A stretch of 64,000 nucleotides of DNA from NCBI GenBank assembly GCA_951406725.2, contig OX597832.1, positions 27,900,001 through 27,964,000 of the forward strand, in the 5' to 3' direction. The translations under genes and the position numbers were made by a program. This document shows, in pieces, positions 53,309 to 64,000 of the stretch. The notes under the pieces are model-generated. The model made no database searches. It was not told where the DNA came from and saw only the letters and a program-made list of their open reading frames with translations. Numbering within the stretch: the first letter of the stretch is position 1; each line of letters opens with the position of its first letter. Source of the DNA: Octopus vulgaris. Its lineage: Eukaryota.

Positions 53309-54747
53309 GTGTGTGTGTGTGTGTGAGTGTGTGCACAGCAGAGGTTGTTGTCTAGCTCTTCGCAATATCAGATCAAGAGCAGACCTAGGATCAAAGACAT
53401 TCCAGATATGACCATTCCATCTTTTTTTCTTCTTGTATGTACAGAAAACCCAGTGCTGCATTATAAGCATGGTTCTTTTCTAAAATGGTGGCGGGTAAGG
53501 GATGATTTAAGGGAAATTTGGCTGCTCTTTCTAGCAACCCTGTAGAGGCTCCCTCCTTGCCTCCTGTGGTGAAGGTGTGTGTGTTTGTATGTGGGTGATG
53601 GCATTATGGGTGTCTTGAAAGCCATTGTGGTTTAGTTGTGTTGGTGACAGCAGTAGTTTTGAGTTCAAATCTTGCCTTTCACCCTTCCAGGGGTCAACCT
53701 AATTAATACTTGATGGGTCCCTCCTTGAGAATGACAAAATATGGGAGTGTCTACCTTCATTAGAGATCTATTATGGTGTTGGAGCGACATTGAGGGACTA
53801 GATACCTGGTTGTATTGATTTGCATTCTTGACAATCAACTTTAGAGATCAACTTTGTTTGTCCTTCACCCCCGTCTTTAGAAAGGTCGGATTTGATAGTT
53901 ATGGAAAACAGGATGGTCATGAATGGAATGTCTTTGATTATAGATCACTTAGTCAATCAAGGTTGACTTGATGATAAACAACAACAAGTATAAGGAATGA
54001 AGGGTGTGAAGGGAGTGGGGGTAATCAAGAATTGAACTTTCATTGCTGGCCACCTGTCTATGGTATGCATCCTCTCTCTCTCTCTCTCCTCACATACACA
54101 TGTTTACGGAAGCACTTTTGTGCCACAGGGGAAAATTTAATCATCAAAATTCTTGCACTGAAGAATATCAATTACAAATTCCGGAAGTGTTGTGTAAAAC
54201 ACAAACAAACGGGATATACTCACCCCCTCCTTCACACACACACACATTTCTCATCTTTTCCTTAAGAACTCAGTCCCGTCTGGTTCCTTCCTCTCCCTTA
54301 CCAAAAGAATCCTTCCCACATCCCTGTCTGTTACCATGTGTGAATATTTAACAATAAATATTGACTAGAATTCCTGCTCTGTGGAAGGACAGTTTCAAGT
54401 TCAAATCATTTGTGTCTCTGAAAGACATCAGAATGCAAGAACACCTCAATTGGGAAAAAAGGTATTACCGTATTTACACATGTAGAACAGACGATATTCT
54501 TTTCTATGCTAGGCACTAGGCCCATATACTTGAAAATTGATGCCAATTCTTAGCATAGAGCCAAATGCTTAGAATTACATATAGCTAGGGGCATGAACCG
54601 AAACATATATGTAGGTTCTTCACATCCACCATTTCTTTTTGAGCTTTACAACTTATAATTTATTTGTATTGTTATTATAAAAAATTTTAACATCTTTATA
54701 TCAAACAAATAATTTATTCATACATCCATCTTTCTCCATTTTCTTTC

Positions 54748-54805
<58 letters not shown>

Positions 54806-55144
54806 TTACTTGTGGGTTCTTAAGGTTACCAATGGTTTCATGTGAAGAGCACTTCTCATGAAACCATTTGTAGCCTCATTAAACCACACATAAGGAATAT
54901 TTAACCACCAATGCAGTGCTGAGCACTCATTCTCAATGTCCGATATTAACATATATGCATGCATATGTCTGTCTGTCTGTCAGTCAAAATATTCACCACT
55001 TAAAAGAGGATGTTGCATTAGAAAACACAAATACTGTACTATTTACCAAGAGAGAAGGCTTTCCTGTGGTTATATTGTGCATAAAACCACGTCATAGCTA
55101 TCGTCAGAGGCAGACAATCACTGGTACTTCTGCCACGCAGACTT

Positions 55145-55185
55145 CCAGATCATGTGATTTCAGCCTCGTGTGGCCTCTTCAGTGA
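55145..55185 (-). ncRNA. Minimal type I hammerhead ribozyme-like motif with a canonical core
   Basis: Minus strand reads tca CTGAAGA ggcc acacga ggct GAA atca ca tgat C tgg. The triplet is AUC and stem III is one change from the palindrome ATCACGTGAT. Confidence 0.6.
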
Positions 55186-55668
55186 TTGACACCAAGCAGC
55201 CGGAAGTAGCAGTAACTGATGCGTTAGTGATTTACATAGAAATACAAAGCCAAAAGAGAAAGGGAGAGAGAGAGAGAGAGAGAAAGGGAGAGAGATAGAG
55301 AGAGAAAGGGGGAGAGAGAGAGAGAGAGAGAAAGGGAGAGAGAGAGAGAGAGAAAGAGAGGTGGGGTGTCACTATCAGACTCACTCATTCACCAAAACCC
55401 AGCTATAGAATGAAGGCAGTAGTAATGTTTATGGCAGTGCCCCAGCATGGCCACGACCCATTCAATGGTATTGGCGAAACGAAATACACACACATATGCA
55501 CATCTGCACGCACACACACAAGCGAGCATACAAAACACAAACACACACACACATGCGCTCACACATTCGCGAAGAGCAACCTCGCCTCTTTCCCTGATAA
55601 ATTCTTTGAATTCAATCTCTAATTTATACACACGCACACACAAGTGTATATGTGCGTGTGTGTGTGTG

Positions 55669-55720
<52 letters not shown>

Positions 55721-56476
55721 CCAGCCAGTGTATAAGGTGTGTCAGTGAAATGCTGATATCAGGTGAGATGGGATGGGTGTAGGAACTGAACCAACATCTC
55801 CGGCTCAGTTTACAATCAACATAACACCAGTCTTTGGCCTGCAAGCACACACACACACACACACACTCACACACACACGCACGCACGCATGCACACACAC
55901 ACACACACACACGTATGCATACATATATACATACATACATACACATACGCATATACACAGACAAAGACACATACCCCCAAACACACAGTTCGGATGAAGG
56001 TTTGTTGACACCGTTGGTTAAGCCCATGTCACATGACTGGCCTTGGGGGGGGTCAGTGATGCGACACAAAATATCATTAACGACTGATGATGATGATGAT
56101 GATGATGACGACTGTAAGGTATACAATTGTTTATGCTATGTCATACGCCGCCGGATGAGTGAGATCAGCCACCTGCAACAGATGAAGGCGGACTTGTGGC
56201 TACATGCCTAGACACACATGTTTACATCAACCAGATCTGTTCTACTCTGGTAATTAATGTGGTATGTGGATGAACTCGTTAAAATATTTCTCTAACGAAC
56301 ACCAGAGGGCAGGCGTCTGGCAGCATTCGTTAAACCTGTGTTATCTCAGCAGTGGTAGTCTTTGGGCTCTCTGTGTGCGTGCGTGGGAAGGGTGTGCACG
56401 TGTATACGTGTTTGTATGTGTGTGTGTGTGTGGGGAGTGGCATTTTGTATATGTGCTTCTGCGTGTGTGTATATAT

Positions 56477-56512
<36 letters not shown>

Positions 56513-56552
56513 GTAGATACATATGTGTGTGTGTATGTATGTATATATATAT

Positions 56553-56750
56553 AGTTAATGCAAACATGAAAACACAAAGAGAAAACACAACAAAGCGAGG
56601 ACGTGGAACAAATATAGTGTTATTGGACTCTCAGGAAAGAAGAAGGAGGGTTTAATGTTTCGATCGGAGCTTCTTCGTCAGAAACGGAAAGATCCAGAGA
56701 AGGGAAGAGGAGAAAAAAATCGCCAACAGTACACACGCGGTCACATTTTG

Positions 56751-56752
<2 letters not shown>
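56553..56752 (-). mobile_element. About 200-bp (TA)n-embedded element with a minimal hammerhead-like motif (56650-56685)
   Basis: Minus strand reads gttt CTGACGA a gaagctccgatc GAA acat t aaac. Its layout parallels the 13959/21509 family (ctcaggaa at the same relative position). Confidence 0.65.
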
Positions 56753-56817
<65 letters not shown>

Positions 56818-57063
56818 CCAGTTTCAGTGAGTGGGCTGTGACCATGCTGGAGCACCACCATAAGTACCTCTGATCTCCTCCAGTGGCTAGTATTTGGTAA
56901 ATGAAGGACTCTGATAGTGCTGCCCTCTATATATGTCCTTAGTCTTGCCTATAGTCCAAGACTGCAGACTATCCAGGGGTTAATATCCACTCCACTTTGG
57001 ATCCTTTACATGTTTCGGCTGAATCGTTTTGGCTGAATGCAGTTTGGGGTTCAGTCCCATTGC

Positions 57064-57288
57064 GAGCAGGCAGAAACGTTAGCACGCTGGGTGAAATGCT
57101 TAGCAGTATTTCGTCTGCCGTTATGCTCTGAGTTCAAATTCCACTGAGGTCGACTTTGCCTTTCATCCTTTTGTGGTCGATAAATTATGTACCAGTTATG
57201 CACTGGGGTTGATGTAATCAACTTAATCCGTTTGTCTGTCCTTGTTTGTCCCCTCTATGTTTAGCCCCTTGTAGGCAATAAAGAAATA
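57064..57288 (+). mobile_element. SINE family A inserted into the B box of a family B SINE, with a 16-bp TSD
   Basis: TSD ggttcagtcccattgc at 57048-57063 and 57289-57304. Confidence 0.9.
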
Positions 57289-58100
57289 GGTTCAGTCCCA
57301 TTGCACAGCATCTAGGACATGCGTCTTCTATTAAACTGAGCTAACCAAAGCTTTGTGAGTGGATATGATAGGTGGAATCTGAAAGAATCCCATCAAGTAT
57401 ATATATGTGTGTGTGTGTGATAGTTGTAAATGAGCATCACCATATAAAGTGTCATTCATTTCCAATCGTTTGTGAAAAGCCATGGCTGGAAATATCTCTT
57501 TGCTTGGAAACAAGGGAGAGTTTACAACAGGAAAGGCGTCCAGCCATAGAAAGGCATCTGCCTTGACAAAATCCACTTCACCAATGCAGTCGTGAAACAT
57601 TCTCCATTTTTTTTCCTATCCTTGTTTTCGTATACATTCACTGCTTTCTTCCAAGGAATCTAATGCTCTTAGCTTAGTTTTTCCTTGGGGCTGGCCAGAT
57701 TGGAGCAATCTCAAGTATAACTAGCCAAAATTGCAAAGATAATCTGGAACTCGACTGAGGAAAGAAAACTCCGAATGACCCTTCCTTGTTTTCTTCATAT
57801 CGTGTATCTGGATGTTTTGTATTTTTGTCCCATTTTTGTATTTTCTATATGTATCTATATATATATATATGTATATAGCGGTGTATGTACACTTTGGCCT
57901 CTTATACACACACACACACACAAATATACACACACATATATACTTACATATAAGGAAGAAGTGGGTGTGAAAATGATATTATGATGACGATTATGAGGTT
58001 AGATAAATGGATGTGTATATATATATATATCTGAATGTTTGTATACATATAAGTTTATGTTTGTGTCTGTATATGTGTGTGTGTGTGTGTGTGTGCATAC

Positions 58101-58147
<47 letters not shown>

Positions 58148-60314
58148 TACATACATATACATACATACATATATATATATATATACATACACACACACAC
58201 ACACACGCATATATATACCAACATCATCATCATTTAACATTTCTTCCCACACACACCCACACACACATCTGAAGCAAAGTGTTGCTTATAAAAGTTCTTG
58301 AAGTAGTGATAAGAGGAAGGATGGGGGTGGGTGATGGTGACACCTGTTGGAAGCATACAAAACATAGTCGAAATACCTGGCATATTTACAGATCTATCAC
58401 ACCTATGTCTCCCCCCCTTCCTGTCTCTCCCTTCTAATAAACAAGGAATGTTTGTCAACTCTTTAATGTTGTTGCTGTTGTGTCTCTTTGTTGTGACACC
58501 CTCTCCACCACCACCCCGGCTCCCTTTGTACCCCCACCCCCTTCTTCCCCCACCTCCCACACACTTTACCATTATCTTTTTCCCACACCCTGCCACTTCC
58601 CCCCCCCACCACCTTCATATCCTGTCCTTCACCTCATATTTTAAATCTTCTCTTTATCTCTCCCCTACTCATGCCTTTGTTACCCCTCCCCCCATCAGCC
58701 ACTGCCTTCCTCCTCAAACCTCCCCCCCCCCCACCATTTTCTCAAACAACAATACTTTTTGTTTCTCAAGTGTTGTTGTTGTTGTTTTGTCTCCTCCTTG
58801 TATTGTTGCTGTTGTTGTTGTTGTTCCCAGGTAAAACTGGAGTCAGACCTCATCTGATCCCTTCAGAATCCCTTAATTCATTTGTGACCCATTTTGCTGT
58901 TGGGTTCTGCTACCCTTGACTGGGCCCAACCAATGGCCCTTATCTGGCCCTTTTATCTCCCAGCTACCTGTTGGTGTCCCCTTTCTTTCATCTGACATAC
59001 ATCTACCCCAGCTTAGGTATCTTCAACTGATATAAATCTCCCTTACTGTTAATAACTTTGAAAAACCCTCCATGCTGCTTGTTAACCTGCTAGAAAAAGC
59101 AGTTAAATCTCTCTCAAATCTTGGGAAAGGAAAGGAAAGGACACATTCGATAATGTAGTCTTAAAATATATACATTGTTAAAAAGATGGGCTGGTCATGG
59201 CTGGAATGTTTTTGATCATAGGTCTATTGGATCAGTGTTGACCTGGGTCTAAACAACAACTATAAACTATTCTAGTTCAGTGACCCACTACACACCCTAC
59301 ATTCACCATATACTTACCCACCAGTACCATACATCCCCCACCATTGTAATCAAATATTACAGCCCTCAAAAATACTGCCCATACCTTCACCACCACCACC
59401 ACCACCACCACCCTCATCACCAGTCTCTTGGTATGATGTCAATGGCCCATCCTTCTCCATATATTTATGACATTGTACAGATTTCTTGCCCTCCCTTCTG
59501 CTTGGAATTGATCCTTTCAGCTTCAGTGACTCCCTATAACCAGGGATTTTAACCCTTCCTAGGTTCATGCATGGTTCATTAAAGAGCTCCCTCTTTCATC
59601 TCCCTTCAATATTATACCCAGTACCCCTACATCCCACTCATTTGATAAATTCCCCTTGTTATTACAACACTCATTCCTTAAATATTTTACACTCCATGGG
59701 CAGGGCACAGTCCTTTTATGACTATTGTTTAGTGAAGGAGAAAAGGGTACCCCGCCTCTTGCTGACCCTTTATTTTTTTGAGGGTTTCCAAGACTAATGG
59801 GACAAGGAAAAGAAATTACCTTAAAACAAGGGACCTGGTCTAAATGCTTGCAAAAATGGGCTTTGCTAGGGACATACAGGGACCTGATGTATCTACCACC
59901 CCAAACTAAAGGTGAGGGTGTTTAAGCCAGGAGAGGGCTTAAATCTATCAGGCAAGAACTGCAGATGGAAAAGCTAGAACAAATATCACAAGGTACTCCA
60001 CTAATCCACCCTCTTGGTCTGGTACATTATTTATTGACCCTGAAAGGAGGAAAGATAAAGTTCACCTTGCTTGGGTTTGAACTCAGAATGCAGAGAGCTG
60101 GAATGATTGCCACAAGGCTTTATGTCCTCCTACACTCTTAACAACTCACTGTATTTATAGACTGTAGACCAGCCATTCTCAACTGGTGCTTTTTGAGTCT
60201 CAGTTTGGAAGAAATACCATGAGAAAGGCATGAAGTCCTCAGCCTCCCTTCTTACTTTCTTTCCAAGTGTGACAAAGTACATTAAAAACTATCATTAAAA
60301 AAAAAAATTTTAAA

Positions 60315-60357
<43 letters not shown>

Positions 60358-60920
60358 GAGTGAGCGAGCAGAGCATGCCAACAAAGTGACACTGGGGTTA
60401 AATATACAAAGCCCAGTATACCCATCATGACTACTCATCTGATAAGGGTACATTAGGCACATGCATCACACCCATATGTGCACGACATGGTCATCTCATA
60501 TCAAGATAAATAGCACATGACCTTGCAGGTGGGGCCCAGTTAGAATTTTCTTCTGGTCGAGTAACCCATCCCGCTCAAAAAGTCCCTGAATAAGGGTTGT
60601 TTAAGGATGTTGAACGAAACACCCATGTTTCCAGAGGTGAATTATTCAAACCCCAAAGAATCCCTCTCAACAACACATGGCTATGATGCTCCCCCACTAC
60701 TTCTGCTCGTGATCAGAGATGCCCATATCGTCAGCCACTAAGGGACATGCTCAACTGGTTAAGGTCAAACAACTGACAAGCAAATCTGTGGTATTGCGCA
60801 GAATATTTGCTGTAGCCCATCTTTTATACCAAGACAAAACAATGTACATGATAACACTTCCAATCAGTTGAGATCAGAAGCCATGAGGGCCACTGCCTGG
60901 TACTGCATCAGGGTATTTAT
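60358..60920. repeat. Probable interspersed element bounded by (ATT)n tracts
   Basis: About 560 bp of complex, higher-GC sequence with (ATT)n on both sides. It is single copy here, so the family is unassigned. Confidence 0.35.
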
Positions 60921-61685
60921 CATTATTATTATTATTATTATTATTAAGGAGGCAAGCTGGTAGAATCGTTAGCTTGCTCAACAGTATTTTGTATGTCTTT
61001 AAGGTTCTGAGTTCAAATTCTGCCAAAGCCGCCTTTGCCTTTCATCCCTCTCGGGAGTCAATAAAATATGCACCGGTTAAGCGCCAGGGTCGATGTAATC
61101 AACTTAAACCTCCCCCCACCCCGTCTCCGAAATTGCTGGCCTTGTGACAGAATTTGAAACTTGTTGTCGTTGTTGATGTGAGAACTTCTTGTTCTCCACA
61201 GTGGTGGCCATTGTAATGAGCAAGAGTTGAAAACAGGAAATGTATCAGTGGCACATGGACACATATGGGGTCACAGGCACACACACACACACACCCTCCA
61301 CCCATACACACACGCGCACCCTCCCCCCATACACACACAAAGTTCAATGTTTCCAATAATCAACAATGAGTTTAATATTATTCTGTTATTCTTTTTTCTT
61401 TTTCTTTTTTCAATATTTCCTGTTTTTAGTTTTGCATGTTTTGTAAAAAAACACAGACCGTGATCTCTCTCTCTCTCTCTCTCTTACATACACACACACA
61501 CGCACACACACAGAGTTTATTGCTGTCTTAACAGCTTTCTACGTTGATGGTGTATACTGTACTACAGAATGAACACACACACACACACACATTCACATAC
61601 ACAGATGTGTGTGTGTATATATATATATATGTATGTATATATATATATGTCTGTACGTATATATATATATATATATAGATATATA

Positions 61686-61737
<52 letters not shown>

Positions 61738-62007
61738 GTATATATACATATATATATGTATATATATAGATATATATATACATATATACATATGTTTTCA
61801 TGTTGGATTAACTATATATATTTAGAGAGAAAGACAGACAGACTTTATAGCCTACATTGTGTATCAACATGTAAACACCTTGTTTCAATGATATATGCTG
61901 CACTACAGGACGTGTGTGTGTGTGTATAGATACACGCATACACATACATTGTGGTACTACATTATGTATGCATATGAGATAGGCAGGCACATGATCAATA
62001 CACACAA

Positions 62008-62031
62008 AGACAGACAGACAGATAGATAGAC

Positions 62032-62074
<43 letters not shown>

Positions 62075-62132
62075 GGGATGGATAGATAGATAGATAGATA
62101 GAAAGATAGATAGACAGAAAGATAGATAGATG

Positions 62133-62178
<46 letters not shown>

Positions 62179-62331
62179 GGGATGGATAGATAGATAGATA
62201 AATAGAAAGATAGATAGACAGAAAGATAGATAGACAGAAAGATAGATAGATGGATAGATAGATAGATAGATAGATAGAGGGATGGACAGATAGATAGATA
62301 GATAGAGGGATGGACAGATAGATAGATAGAC

Positions 62332-62370
<39 letters not shown>

Positions 62371-62605
62371 CAGATAGATAGATAGATAGAGATGGATAGA
62401 TAGATAAATAGATGGATAGATAGATTGATAGATAGATAGATAGATAGATAGAGATGGATAGATAGATAAATAGATGGATAGATAGATTGATAGATAGATA
62501 GATAGATAGATAGAGATGGATAGATAGATAGATAGATAGATAGAGATGGATAGATAGATAGATAGATTAATAGATAGATAGTACATAGATGTATAGATAG
62601 ATAGA
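62008..62605. repeat. (GATA)n compound microsatellite, about 600 bp
   Basis: Read directly. Confidence 0.97.
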
Positions 62606-63052
62606 TCCCTGCTCCGCTTCTGTGCACCATCACGACTCAGTGTTAAAATCCAACAGACCTTCCATACACTCCGGAACATCATAAACGTCTTCAATATTAA
62701 CATCTCTTGCAATAGACAATGTTGGGGGTGGGGGTATGGTGGATGCAGGGTGTGGTGGTACTGCCTTGTGCTTGTTGCAGGCAGTGGTGGCGAGGATGGT
62801 GGTCATTGAACCAGCTTGGTGGTGGTGGTACCAGCCTAGGACAGAAGCATAGAAGGGGGGGAGGAAGAGCAGAGTAATTAAAAGGAGATGTGGTGGTGGT
62901 GGTGGCGGTGGTGGCTTAACATTGTTGGGTGTTGTGTGGGTGAGGGGTGGGGCTTGGAGGGAGGCAGTTTGTTAATGACTGTTGATGTGTATGGAATGTG
63001 AGTTGGGGGTGGAGGGAAGTAAGCCCCTTATTTTTTTTATTAAAAGCCCTAG

Positions 63053-63090
<38 letters not shown>

Positions 63091-63193
63091 GTAGGGAAAA
63101 GTGCATGTGTAATTATTTGTGTGTGTGTAAGTGTATGCGTATTTGTGACTGCCTGGGAGAGGGCATGAAATGCACACGGATGTCTGTGTGTAC

Positions 63194-63209
63194 ATATATA
63201 TATATATAC

Positions 63210-63266
<57 letters not shown>

Positions 63267-63281
63267 TATATACTATATATA

Positions 63282-63364
<83 letters not shown>

Positions 63365-63414
63365 CTATTAATATAGGAAGAAGCTTTATATATATATATG
63401 TATATATATATATG

Positions 63415-63473
<59 letters not shown>

Positions 63474-63786
63474 ATATATGTATATATGTATGTATGTATA
63501 TATATATATGTATGTATGTATATATATATATGTATATATGTATGTATGTATATATATATATGTATATATGTATGTATGTATATATATATATGTATATATG
63601 TATGTATGTATATATATATATGTATATATGTATGTATGTATATATATATATATGTATATATGTATGTATGTATATATATATATATGTATATATGTATGTA
63701 TGTATATATGTATATATGTATGTATGTATATATATATGTATATATGTATATATATATGTATATATGTATGTATGTATGTATATATG

Positions 63787-63825
<39 letters not shown>

Positions 63826-63855
63826 ATATATATACATATGTGTATATGTATATAC
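63194..63855. repeat. (TA)n/(TATG)n compound microsatellite with a 30-bp higher-order period
   Basis: tatgtatgtatatatatatatgtatatatg is repeated from about 63510 to 63630. Confidence 0.95.
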
Positions 63856-64000
63856 AGGGTGGGGTGCATGTATATATATTGTGTGCGCATTTCTGATCTG
63901 TGTTGGTGAGGAATGTGTGATGTGGTATGATGTGAATATTTGCATACTTATGCATGTGTATGCAACTGTGTCAGTCTGTGTGTGTGTGTAAGACCTGTAC

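Noticed and set aside
59440-59580. Possible degenerate LINE ORF2 fragment on the minus strand
   Set aside because: The resemblance to Y.ERLK.L motifs is too weak to call without a profile search.
62610-62712. Short protein-like minus-strand frame ([26 protein letters not shown])
   Set aside because: It is too short, has no recognisable family and no clear splice sites.

Overview
This is AT-rich, microsatellite-saturated eukaryotic DNA. The repeat landscape (tRNA-derived SINEs, (AT)n/(CA)n/(GAT)n tracts, CpG decay) suggests an octopus or other coleoid cephalopod, which is an inference. Only one host coding exon is supported: 14699-16060 (+), with ATG at 14758. It encodes about 410 aa of low-complexity sequence followed by an FNDC3/Miles-to-go-like motif (HVVLVHIQPGEIFAVRVGDQVQHISG). 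I recognise no further exon, so the remaining ~48 kb is probably one intron. Nearly all other ORFs in the track are microsatellite or SINE artefacts. Mobile DNA includes a dead mariner transposase, mariner, hAT and piggyBac-type MITEs with TIRs/TSDs, Helitron ends, an RTE LINE 3' fragment, several SINE families and a tRNA-Glu pseudogene. The main hidden signal is about ten type I hammerhead-ribozyme-like motifs from about six sequence families. Most sit in short non-coding elements in or beside (TA)n tracts, as in Penelope-like elements or retrozymes. They include U3-A8 and U6 core variants. All stand-alone copies are antisense to the host gene, and the two sense copies are locked inside long hairpins. 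Repeat coordinates were read by eye and are approximate unless a TSD or TIR is quoted.
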